Part shown: in pieces, positions 23,613 through 32,126 of the stretch
How positions within the stretch are numbered: the first letter of the stretch is position 1
Layout: each line of letters opens with the position of its first letter
Assembly: GCA_964443135.1 (NCBI GenBank)
Contig: CAYUBQ010000001.1
Span: forward strand, 96,719-160,718
From: an uncultured Desulfobacterales bacterium
GTDB lineage: Bacteria; Desulfobacterota; DSM-4660; Desulfatiglandales; HGW-15
Direction: 5' to 3'
Length of the DNA: 64,000 nt
Translations under genes and position numbers: made by a program
The notes under the pieces: model-generated
What the model was told of the DNA's origin: nothing
Databases searched by the model: none
The model's input: only the letters and a program-made list of their open reading frames with translations

Positions 23613-26078
23613 TCAGGCCTCCTGGAGATGCTCCAGGTGGGCCAGGACCAGCTTGATCTCGCCGTAGGTGCAGTCGTTTAAGGCCTCTTTGAGCTTCTTG
23701 AGGGATCTTCCCCGGGTGGTCTCGATCTGGTGCTCGATGGCCCGGCGCTTGTCCTCGGGCACCACGTCGTGGATGTCCAGCTCCCCTTGGGCCACGAAGT
23801 GGGCCAGGTGGCCCTCGATGGTGGCGTTGGCGAGGCCCCGCTCGGCGGCGATCCTGGGGATGGGGAGCCCCCGCTGGAAGGCCTCGAGGGTGATCTTTTT
23901 GGTGTCCTCCTTGGTTTGTTCCTTTGGCGGCTCCGGGTGGGCGGGCTCGGGGAGGTCCACCGACTCGATCCCGTGCTCCCGGCGGTAGTCGGCCACCAGG
24001 GCGGTCAGCTCCTCGCCGTACCTGGCGGCCAGCCGCTTGCCGATGCCCCGGACCCGCTTCAAATCGGTCAGGGTGTCCGGGAGGTGGACTGCGATCTGGA
24101 CCAGGGTCCGCTGGTGAAGGACCTGGTAGGCGGGGACGCCCTCGTCCGCCGCCTTGTGCTTGCGCCACTGCCGCAGGGCCTCGAACAGCTCGGGGTGGCC
24201 CACGTCCGCCTCGGTGTAGGCGGGGGCCGCTTTGGTCCGGGGCTTTTCGGTCTCCATGGCCGCCACGGAGAGGGCCCGGAGGTATTGGCCGGGGGAGAAG
24301 CCCTCCCGGCAGGAGAGGATGCCCGCCAGCTTGACGGCCGCCTCCTGGCGGAGCTCGCGGGCTGCGTCCTGGACGTGTTTCCGCACCTCCTTGTTGTCGG
24401 TCTCGACGGAGAAGCCCTCGATGGCCGGGCTGAGGATCGTCTGGAACCGATCCTCGAAGTAGCCGGCCGCCTTGCCGAGCCTCTCCCGGATGGCGGGGTC
24501 CTTTGCGGGCTCCCCGCCCTGGGCGAACATCCCCTGGAGCTGCCGCTTGAACCGCTCGCCCACCTGGACGATCTCCTTGAATGCCTGCCCCCGGACCCGG
24601 TCCAGCTCCTCGTGGCCGGTTCCCTGGATCAGGGGGGCGCTCGCGTGGAGGAGCCGGGTCAGGCGGTCGAGCTGGCGGTCCAGCTCCCGGAAACCGAAGG
24701 CCTCCAGGAGGAGCCGCTGCTGGTAGCGGCTCTTGGCGGCGGCCAGGTCCCGGGGCGAGGGCGGTTGTTGGACGGACTCCCGCACGAAGCGATGGACCGT
24801 GGGGTCGGTCTTGACGGTGGAAGGGGCCAGGGGGGTGCTGAGGACCAGGCCCTCGAGGGTGCGGCAGCGGCTCAGGGCCACGTAGACCTGGCCGTAGGCG
24901 AAGGCGGCCTGGGCGTCGATGACCGCCTTGTCGAAGGTGAGGCCCTGGCTCTTGTGGATGGTGATGGCCCAGGCGGGCTTGAGGGGGACCTGGGTGAAGG
25001 TGCCCACGACCTGGCGGGCGATCTCCCCGGTCTGGGGGTCCACGGAGTAGTCGACGTTCTCCCAGGTGGTCCGATCCACCGGGATGGGGGCGGGGTCCCC
25101 CGGGCAGCGGACCTCCACGGCGTCCCGGGAGAGCCGGGTGACGGTGCCGATCTTGCCGTTGAAGTAGAGCTTGTCCGGGGACATGTCGTTGCGGATGAAC
25201 ATCGCCTGGGCGCCCTTCTTGAGCTCCAGGACCGCGGCGGTGGGGTGGGCCTGCTCCGGGAACTCCCCTTCCAGGTCGGCCTGGAACCGGCGGCGCGTTC
25301 CGGGGAGGGCCTTCATGCGGGCGCGGTTGACCGCGTCGGCGCTCCGGTTGTGGGTGCAGAGGGTGATGTAGCCCTCGTCGTCGGCCGGAGCGAAGCCCGG
25401 GACGTGGCGGGCGTTGAGCTCGTCCAGAGTGCGGCGGTCGAGGGCGTTGTCCCGGACCCGGTTGAGGAGCTCGATGAAGCGCGGGTCGGACTGGCGGTAG
25501 ATCCGCTCGAGCTGGATGGGGACCATCCCCTCCCGGGCCAGGGCCGTGCTGCTGAAGAAGTAGGGGGAGTCGTAGCGGTTCCTCAGGAGCTCCCACTCCT
25601 CCTTCTTGACCACGGGCGAGAGCTGGTGGAGGTCGCCGATCATGAGGAGCTGCACGCCGCCGAAGGGGCGGTCGTTTCGGCGGTAGCGGCGGAGGACGGC
25701 GTCCACGGCGTCCAGGAGGTCGGCGCGCACCATGCTGATCTCGTCGATGATCAGGAGGTCCAGGCTGCGGATGAGGTTCTTCTTCTCCCGGCGCATCCGG
25801 TGGCGGCCGGTGAACGCCTCGCTTCCGGGGACGAACGGGCCGAAGGGGAGCTGGAAGAAGGAGTGGAGGGTGACGCCGCCGGCGTTGATGGCGGCCACGC
25901 CCGTGGGGGCGGTCACCACCAGCCGCTTGGGAGAGGTCCGGGCGACCTCGTGGAGAAAGGTGGTCTTGCCGGTGCCGGCCTTGCCCGTGAGGAAGACGTT
26001 GCAGTCCGTGTGGCGGACGTAGTCCTCGGCCAGCTGGAGCTGGGGGTTGGGGGAGGTTGTGGGCTCAGGCGCGGGCAT
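23613..26078 (-). CDS. Pif1/RecD-like SF1B helicase with C-terminal HRDC and HTH domains
   Basis: Walker A is FLTGKAGTGKTTFL and Walker B is LLIIDEISMV. Also ..QLSPV.., ..ITIHKSQGLTFD.. and YVALSRCRTLEGLVL. An HRDC-like segment (ELFEALRQWRKHKAADEGVPAYQVLHQRTLVQIAVHLP) and an HTH_40-like tail (PIPRIAAERGLANATIEGHLAHFV) follow. Confidence 0.9.
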   Translation of the reverse strand: MPAPEPTTSPNPQLQLAEDYVRHTDCNVFLTGKAGTGKTTFLHEVARTSPKRLVVTAPTGVAAINAGGVTLHSFFQLPFGPFVPGSEAFTGRHRMRREKKNLIRSLDLLIIDEISMVRADLLDAVDAVLRRYRRNDRPFGGVQLLMIGDLHQLSPVVKKEEWELLRNRYDSPYFFSSTALAREGMVPIQLERIYRQSDPRFIELLNRVRDNALDRRTLDELNARHVPGFAPADDEGYITLCTHNRSADAVNRARMKALPGTRRRFQADLEGEFPEQAHPTAAVLELKKGAQAMFIRNDMSPDKLYFNGKIGTVTRLSRDAVEVRCPGDPAPIPVDRTTWENVDYSVDPQTGEIARQVVGTFTQVPLKPAWAITIHKSQGLTFDKAVIDAQAAFAYGQVYVALSRCRTLEGLVLSTPLAPSTVKTDPTVHRFVRESVQQPPSPRDLAAAKSRYQQRLLLEAFGFRELDRQLDRLTRLLHASAPLIQGTGHEELDRVRGQAFKEIVQVGERFKRQLQGMFAQGGEPAKDPAIRERLGKAAGYFEDRFQTILSPAIEGFSVETDNKEVRKHVQDAARELRQEAAVKLAGILSCREGFSPGQYLRALSVAAMETEKPRTKAAPAYTEADVGHPELFEALRQWRKHKAADEGVPAYQVLHQRTLVQIAVHLPDTLTDLKRVRGIGKRLAARYGEELTALVADYRREHGIESVDLPEPAHPEPPKEQTKEDTKKITLEAFQRGLPIPRIAAERGLANATIEGHLAHFVAQGELDIHDVVPEDKRRAIEHQIETTRGRSLKKLKEALNDCTYGEIKLVLAHLEHLQEA

Positions 26079-26140
26079 GGGGTCCTGCGTTTCTCCTTCG
26101 ATCCCTGTCCCTGGCTCGGGGGTTGGTGGGGCCAGAGGGT

Positions 26141-26344
26141 CTACCCATCCTGCTTCCTGAGCTGCGTGACGGTCTTCCCGGCGACGCCCCAGTTGTCCGT
26201 GTCCACCTCGTCGATCACCACGAACACGGTCTTGGGGCTCTTTCCCAGCACATCCACGAGCAGGTCGGTGGCGCCCTGGATGAGCCGTTCCTTCTGCTCG
26301 GCCGTGACGCCCTCCCGGGTGACCTTGATGTTCACGTACGGCAT
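26141..26344 (-). CDS. 4-oxalocrotonate tautomerase family protein
   Basis: 67 aa, MPYVNIKVTREGVTAEQKERLIQGATDLLVDVLGK.. with catalytic Pro-1. RBS is GGGAGG. Confidence 0.9.
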   Translation of the reverse strand: MPYVNIKVTREGVTAEQKERLIQGATDLLVDVLGKSPKTVFVVIDEVDTDNWGVAGKTVTQLRKQDG

Positions 26345-26390
26345 GGTGACCTCCCTGGTTCAGCAGTGAAAGGAAAAAGGGCCGTGGGGT

Positions 26391-26867
26391 TCAGCGCCCC
26401 GGCCTCGCTACGGCCTCGAACCCGGCGCCGGTCAGCGCGGCCAGGTCCCGGGGGGCGAGCTCCATCTGGAGCCCCCGGCGCCCGGCGCTGACGTAGAGGG
26501 TGTCGTGCCGTTCGGCGGAGTCGTCGATGACCGTCCGGAGGCGCTTTTTCTGGCCCAGGGGGCTCACGCCGCCCAGGACGTAGCCGGTGGCCCGCTCCAC
26601 CTCCTTCTTGTCCGCCATGGCCTCCTTCCTGGCGCCCAGGATCTTGGCGAAGCGCTTCAGGTCGAGCCGGCTCGAGACCGGCAGCACGGCCACGGCCAGC
26701 CGCCCGTCGTCGCCTGCGGCCACGATGGTCTTGAACACCCGGTCCGGGTCCACGCCCAGCTTGGCCGCGGCCTCGTCCCCGTAGGAGTCGGCCCCGGGGT
26801 CGTGGTCGTACTCGTGGAGGCGAAAGGAAATGCCGGCTTTTTGGGCGGCCTGGACGGCTGGGGTCAT
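26391..26867 (-). CDS. ybaK: Cys-tRNA(Pro)/Cys-tRNA(Cys) deacylase YbaK
   Basis: 158 aa. MTPAVQAAQKAGISFRLHEYDHDP...TGYVLGGVSPLGQKKRLRTVIDDS...YVSAGRRGLQMELAP is collinear with E. coli YbaK. The first Met matching the family start was chosen; the track ORF is longer. Confidence 0.9.
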   Translation of the reverse strand: MTPAVQAAQKAGISFRLHEYDHDPGADSYGDEAAAKLGVDPDRVFKTIVAAGDDGRLAVAVLPVSSRLDLKRFAKILGARKEAMADKKEVERATGYVLGGVSPLGQKKRLRTVIDDSAERHDTLYVSAGRRGLQMELAPRDLAALTGAGFEAVARPGR

Positions 26868-27003
26868 GGTGCGACGGCTCCAGGGGTCCGGGCCGGGTTC
26901 ACCCGGCCCGAGGGAAGCGTTTGTTACGGGGTATACATCAAAGAGGGGGGTCGGATCAAGGCGGCCGTCCGGAAGGAGGGGAGGCGCAGGGCGGCCGGTC
27001 CGC

Positions 27004-29169
27004 CTATGTGTTGAGATGCTTTCGAATCGACTCCACGTCTTCGCCGGAAAAGCAGCCATCCTCCAACGGCTGTTTGAACACCTCCAGGGCGGTTGCCTCA
27101 CCCAGCTTCCGGTAGGACTCGAACTGGTTCTCGTCAAAAAACTGGTCCCCCGTGGTCTGATCGGGAAAGCCCGGGTTCTTCCTGCGGTAGGCCAGAAGAT
27201 CCTCCGGTTCCTTTCCTGTGACCGCCGACTTGATGTAAATCAGCCGGCCGAGGGCCTCGTCCGGATCGTTGCTGGGGTAGTGGATGTCCCCGACCACGCA
27301 GCAGGTCCTGCTCAGGCCGGTCTCGGGGTCGGGACGGAGGTCCGTCGTGTCGATGGTGATGTCGACGCCGAGGTCGATCCGCGCCTTGCGGATCACGTTG
27401 GCGAGGTCGGTCATGGCGAAATCCGGGTCCGCCGTGGCATCCGAGGCGATGATGATCCGGCATCTCCGCTTGAGGAGCGGGTAGATGCCCAGGTTCTCGT
27501 GGTGTCCGCCGTCCGAGAGGTTGAGCAGCTCGTCCCTCTCGTCGGCCTCACCCAGAATCTCCTTGAGGAAGTACCAGGGCCAGAACACGGCCTTCCCCTT
27601 CAGGCTGAACGCGGGGTTGGGGTTGGACATCCACCGGTTCAGCCTCACGTTCAGCAGGGTGAGCAGCGCCCTCAGGGCCTTGTTCGTGGACGTTCCCATC
27701 TGCGGGCTGGCGGCCGCCCCGGAGATGGCCATGGCCGTGGCCAATCGCGTCTTGCCGTCGTTGTACTCCTCTGTTTTCCTGTAGCCGGTGCACTCCGATC
27801 CCACGTGGTACCTGGAGAAGAAGAAGAAGTCGGCCCCCCGTCCCCGAAGGTACCGATCCGTGCTTCCCGGCACGTTCAAGGTCGTGTTGATGAGGTGGTA
27901 AGGCGCCCCGTTCCCCTGCTCGTGCAGCTGGGACAGACGAAGGGGCTCGTTGGACACGACCCGGGTGGCCGAGCCTTTGCTCCTGTCCACCTTGACGATG
28001 TAGGCCTCGCTCAACCGGTCCCGGTAGAAGTGGTGGAGGGAGGTGCGGTTGGTGTCGATGAGCAGGCTTGCGGCCAGAAACACCGCCGCCGCCGGAAGCG
28101 TCCAGAAGAGCGCCGTCCCTTCGTAGGCCTCGGCCGTGGCCAGAATCCGAAGCAGCCAGGCGAAAAGAACGGGCAGGAGGAGCACCCAGCCCACCCGGAA
28201 AATGATCCCCAGGGCCGCGCGCATTTTCTCGTTTCTGCTCTGTACGAGACCGGCGATCAGTCCCAGGGCGGAGGCGACGGAGACGCCGGAGAGAAGGTTC
28301 ACCACCCAGCCCCGGGCCTCGTCCCAGTGGGCGGCGAGGAGCGCGACCAGCCCCAGACCGGCCGACACGACCAGAACGGCCGCCAGGACGGCGTTGATGT
28401 ACTGGGACTTTTTCCTGTCCTCCATGTCCGGCTCGCGCCGGCAGGTGGCGCCGTACCCGCGGACCACGACCATCAGGATGACACTGCAGAGGCTGACCAC
28501 GAAGCACGCGTTGTCGAAATCCCTCGAGAAGGCCGGGTTCGCCGCCAGCGCATGGATGCCCCACCCGAACAGGATCAGCAGGCCCACCGGGAACAGGTTG
28601 CTCAGGATCAGGCCCGTCAGGTAGGTTCCGAGCATGCGTGCATACTCGAGGAAGCTCCCTTTCACGGCGAGGAAGTTGCCGTGCTCGCGGAGGTGCTTCA
28701 CGGTCTTGCGCTCGTCCGGCTTGGTCTTGCGCTGAAAGCGGAACGGGAACCCCTCCTCCTCCACCGAGGCCTGGGAATCCTCCAAGAGGGAGCTGAGGCA
28801 GGACCCGATGTAGCCGCCCCCCGACACGGTGGACAGGTAGTCGCAGCAGCGCAGCACGCCCCGCCGGGCCAGCCCCTGAAGCACGCCCAGGTTGAAGGTG
28901 GCCGAACGAATCCCGCCCCCGGACAAGGCCAGGCCCGCCAGCTCGGCCCTGGCGCTGGGCCGGATGTCCGTCTGGGGCGCCTCCCGGGTCGGGTCGGGGT
29001 CCACCCGGGTGGCGTCGTCCAGCGCCTCGAGCAGTCGTTCCTGCTCCCCGATGACGGGCTGGGGGTCCAGCCGGAGCGCTTTGCGCCGCTTTTCTACGTA
29101 CGCCAGCTCGTAGAGAAAGACCTTGGCGAACAGGTTCGTAAACCCCTTCTTTCCGTTTTCCGAAGCCAT
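27004..29169 (-). CDS. Patatin-like phospholipase with a large polytopic-membrane insertion
   Basis: ATG at 29169 follows GGGGGAGGG. LSGGGIRS is the oxyanion GGGxR motif (about aa 82-89). STVSGGG is the nucleophile Ser (about aa 116). SDGGHHENLG is the catalytic Asp (about aa 553). Five or six hydrophobic helices lie between about aa 175 and 372. Confidence 0.85.
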   Translation of the reverse strand: MASENGKKGFTNLFAKVFLYELAYVEKRRKALRLDPQPVIGEQERLLEALDDATRVDPDPTREAPQTDIRPSARAELAGLALSGGGIRSATFNLGVLQGLARRGVLRCCDYLSTVSGGGYIGSCLSSLLEDSQASVEEEGFPFRFQRKTKPDERKTVKHLREHGNFLAVKGSFLEYARMLGTYLTGLILSNLFPVGLLILFGWGIHALAANPAFSRDFDNACFVVSLCSVILMVVVRGYGATCRREPDMEDRKKSQYINAVLAAVLVVSAGLGLVALLAAHWDEARGWVVNLLSGVSVASALGLIAGLVQSRNEKMRAALGIIFRVGWVLLLPVLFAWLLRILATAEAYEGTALFWTLPAAAVFLAASLLIDTNRTSLHHFYRDRLSEAYIVKVDRSKGSATRVVSNEPLRLSQLHEQGNGAPYHLINTTLNVPGSTDRYLRGRGADFFFFSRYHVGSECTGYRKTEEYNDGKTRLATAMAISGAAASPQMGTSTNKALRALLTLLNVRLNRWMSNPNPAFSLKGKAVFWPWYFLKEILGEADERDELLNLSDGGHHENLGIYPLLKRRCRIIIASDATADPDFAMTDLANVIRKARIDLGVDITIDTTDLRPDPETGLSRTCCVVGDIHYPSNDPDEALGRLIYIKSAVTGKEPEDLLAYRRKNPGFPDQTTGDQFFDENQFESYRKLGEATALEVFKQPLEDGCFSGEDVESIRKHLNT

Positions 29170-29240
29170 GACCAGCCCTCCCCCATGAACCGCCCCTCGT
29201 CTCCTGCCCGGGACGGCGCGATCGGACAGCCCCTTTTCCT

Positions 29241-29744
29241 TCAGAACCCGATGTCTCCCGCATCGATGTTCGAAAAAGACGGCACCCCTCTTCCTCTCCA
29301 CTTTTCGCGGAACGCCTTGTTCCCGTCCAGTCGCCACAAAGACTCCAGGTGGATCTGTCTCTCGTTAGGAAACGCGGAGGCCCTGGAGCGGGCACCATAC
29401 TTCCCTTGTGGGTGTGGCCGTAGAGGCCGGGTGGCGTGGACCAGCCGGTCCACGGCGTGCATCAGGGCCGAGGCCGTCGCGGAGACGTTTCCGGCGGGGA
29501 GGGTCTGGTTGCTTTCATAGGCGGAGATCACGGCCAGCGAGGACTTCAGGGCGCTTTCGGCCTGGAGCCGATCGGTGGCGTCGAGCATCCGGGTGATGTC
29601 CGTTCTCCTGGCCAGGTGAAAGCGCAGGAGCAGCACGTCCTCTCGCAGCGTTTGAATCCACTGGATGTCCTGCGTGAGCACCCGGTTCGGCATGGCGCCG
29701 GCCACGCCGGTCCTTTCGGCTCGAGCCTCTGCCCCGCTTCCCAT
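29241..29744 (-). CDS. Hypothetical protein (about 150-167 aa) upstream of the patatin gene
   Basis: Open frame with G/C-rich third positions in its central part (..GCC CTG ATG CAC GCC GTG GAC CGG CTG GTC CAC..). Predicted helical, no family recognised. Start uncertain (M1 or M18). Confidence 0.4.
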   Translation of the reverse strand: MGSGAEARAERTGVAGAMPNRVLTQDIQWIQTLREDVLLLRFHLARRTDITRMLDATDRLQAESALKSSLAVISAYESNQTLPAGNVSATASALMHAVDRLVHATRPLRPHPQGKYGARSRASAFPNERQIHLESLWRLDGNKAFREKWRGRGVPSFSNIDAGDIGF

Positions 29745-29802
29745 GGCGTCACCTCCTGCTTGGAAAGACAGCCTTGTTGCCGGAAATGAATGGCCCCTCT
29801 TT

Positions 29803-30411
29803 TCAGGTCCCGAACCGAAGGGCCTCCTCGAGGGAAGGTCTCAGGTAGGCCCGGTTGGTGTAGGAGCCCACCGCGAGGATCTGGCGCTTGTCCTGCCGAC
29901 CGGACGTGGAGATGTGGACCCAGGCGGGCTGACCGAAGCCGTCCCCGTACTCGTGGATCACCTGGTCGATGTCCAGCTCGCTCAGATGGAGACAGACGTG
30001 GGCGAAGAGGTAGAAGTTGGGGCCGACCTCGGGCCGCAGGGGTCGGCCCGTGATCTCCCGAACCCGGGCGGCCACCTCCTCCCGCACGCCTGTGACGGAC
30101 TCGTCGTGGAGGAACCTCGGAGAGAGCCGGCAGTCGGCCGCCTCTCCCCGGCAGTGCTGGCTCGTGGCGCTCCCGCCCACGAGCTTGTTGAGCAGCGGGG
30201 AACGGTACCCCGACGTGACCCGGAGGGGAAACCCCAGGAGCGACCGGATGGGCTGGAGCGCCGTCTCCGCCAGATATCGCAGGCTGAGGAGGATGTCGTC
30301 GGGAGGGTGCTCCTGCTCGGCCTTCAGGTTCTCGTCCCGCTCGGCCGTCTCGGAACGGAGGAGCTCACCCAGCGTGAAGTTCGCGGACAGGGGCAGGGAC
30401 AGATCGGACAC
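29803..30411 (-). CDS. Peptidase M15A-family (zinc D-Ala-D-Ala carboxypeptidase / endolysin-like) protein
   Basis: ..FTLGELLRSE......PLRVTSGYRSPLLNKLVGGSATSQHCRGEAADC matches the SGYR..N...GG...S.H..G.A.D pattern of Peptidase_M15_3. No signal peptide. Confidence 0.75.
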   Translation of the reverse strand: MSDLSLPLSANFTLGELLRSETAERDENLKAEQEHPPDDILLSLRYLAETALQPIRSLLGFPLRVTSGYRSPLLNKLVGGSATSQHCRGEAADCRLSPRFLHDESVTGVREEVAARVREITGRPLRPEVGPNFYLFAHVCLHLSELDIDQVIHEYGDGFGQPAWVHISTSGRQDKRQILAVGSYTNRAYLRPSLEEALRFGT

Positions 30412-30673
30412 GGGAAACCTCCATCTCTTCGCTCAACGACAGGCGTGCACAGGGAGAGGGTGGGAGGAGCAATGCAGGTGGACCGAGGATCAGGAAAGGG
30501 GGTGAGGAGGAGGGTTTGAAGAATCGGGGAAGGGGTAGAAGCTCAGAAGGGGAACCCAATCGAATCCGGAAAACCGCTTTTCGGCCTCTCCAGTTGGGAA
30601 CGAATCGCACGATTGGGCCCCGAATGTCAAGGAAAACGATCGAAACGGACACTTGCCGGAGATCGACGTTCTC

Positions 30674-31798
30674 TTACCTGACGGATCGGTAGCCTCCCCG
30701 GACGCCGTTCTTCGAGAAGACGATCTGCCAGAGCTGATTCCTCCGGGCCCGGAAGCTGCCGGCGCAGGAGAGGAGGTAGTAGGTCCACATGCGGCGGAAC
30801 CGCTCGTCGTAGGTGTCGGCGAGCTCGGGCCAGCTCGTGGTGACGTTGCGGTGCCAGGCCATCAGGGTGGGGTCGTAGTGGGGCCCGAAGCCGTGCCAGT
30901 CCTCGAGGACGAAGAGCCCCTCTGCGGCCCGCGTGATCTGCCTGGCCGAGGGGAGCATGGAGTTGGGGAAGATGTACTTCCGGATCCAGGGGTCGGTCGA
31001 GTGGACCGAGCTGTTCCCGCCGATGGTGTGGAGCAGGAAGAGGCCGTCGTTCTCGAGGCACCGGCGCACCACCTCCATGAAGCGCCGGTAGTTCCGGTAG
31101 CCCACGTGCTCGAACATGCCGATGGAGACGATGCGGTCGTACCGTTCGTGGAGGTCCCGGTAGTCCTCGAGCTCGATCCGGACATCGAGCCCGCGGCAGA
31201 AGTCCCGAGCGAAGGACACCTGCTCGTTGGAAACGGTGATGCCGTGGACGGAGGCCCCGAACCGGGACGCCGCGTACTTCGCGAACCCGCCCCAGCCGCA
31301 GCCGATGTCCAGCACCCGTATGCCGGGCTGGAGGCCGGTCTTTCGGCAGACCAGGTCCAGCTTGGCCTCCTGGGCCTCGTCGAGGGTGTCCGCGCTCTCC
31401 CAGTAACCGCAGGAGTAGTTGAACCAGGGGTCCAGCATCGAGGAGAAGAGGCGGTTGCCGATGTCGTAGTGGCGCCGGCCGATCTCGTACGCCCTGGAAC
31501 GGTTCTGGGCGTTTCGCATTCTCGCGAGGAGGACCGCCGGAAGGAGGCGGAGGGACCTTTTTGCGGCCTCTTTGTCCAGCCGGTGGGTCAGGATCCGTTC
31601 GAAGAACCGATCCAGGGCGTCGCAGTCCCACCAGCCGTCCATGTAGCTCTCCCCCAGGGCGAGGGAGCCGCCGGACAGGACCCGGTCGCAAAACCGTGCG
31701 TCGTGGACCCGAAGATCCCAGGGCCGGTCGCCGTTGATGCGGACATCCGACGGGGCGAGCATCTCCTGAACGATGTTCTGACCGTTCGATGGATTCAT
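30674..31798 (-). CDS. cfa: Cyclopropane-fatty-acyl-phospholipid synthase
   Basis: 374 aa, collinear with E. coli Cfa: GSLALGESYMDGWWDCD, YSCGYW, VLDIGCGWGGFAKYAA, SIGMFEHVG, FLLHTIG, DPWIRKYIFPNSMLPS, AGSFRAR. Confidence 0.95.
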   Translation of the reverse strand: MNPSNGQNIVQEMLAPSDVRINGDRPWDLRVHDARFCDRVLSGGSLALGESYMDGWWDCDALDRFFERILTHRLDKEAAKRSLRLLPAVLLARMRNAQNRSRAYEIGRRHYDIGNRLFSSMLDPWFNYSCGYWESADTLDEAQEAKLDLVCRKTGLQPGIRVLDIGCGWGGFAKYAASRFGASVHGITVSNEQVSFARDFCRGLDVRIELEDYRDLHERYDRIVSIGMFEHVGYRNYRRFMEVVRRCLENDGLFLLHTIGGNSSVHSTDPWIRKYIFPNSMLPSARQITRAAEGLFVLEDWHGFGPHYDPTLMAWHRNVTTSWPELADTYDERFRRMWTYYLLSCAGSFRARRNQLWQIVFSKNGVRGGYRSVR

Positions 31799-32126
31799 GT
31801 CACGAGGTCCTGTCGTCTCCGGGACGACCCATGCATGCGTTCAACCGCAGCCCATGCCGAGCGCACGCGATGCCCTTTGCTTCCACCCAAGGACCTTGAT
31901 CTGTTATACGGGCTCGGACCGCAAATCGCAACCCTTTCGCCGTAGAGGAGGGACGTCGTGCCCTTGCTGTTGTCGAACGGCATGCGTCGACCCGGTCGAG
32001 CTTGCCTTGCTGGCATCGTTCCTGCATAGTACAAGCGGTTGTTTTTCTTCACACCGTTGTTCGAGCCTCCTGCATTCGCCGATGGCGCTGTCCGCGAGCC
32101 CTTGGCAGGAGCCGGAAAGGAACCGC

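Noticed and set aside
22672-25596. Upstream two-thirds of the 1526-aa minus-strand ORF (21016..25596).
   Set aside because: The translation is low-complexity and Arg/Pro/Gly-rich. It overlaps the well-supported helicase and 249-aa genes on the same strand in other frames. Only the C-terminal 551 aa, from ATG 22671, have an RBS, a signal peptide and protein-like sequence. It is a typical shadow ORF of GC-rich DNA.
23730-26369. 879-aa plus-strand ORF antisense to the Pif1-like helicase.
   Set aside because: Gly/Asp/Val/Leu/Pro-rich repetitive translation with no motifs, exactly antisense to a gene with full helicase motifs. A GC-rich antisense artefact.
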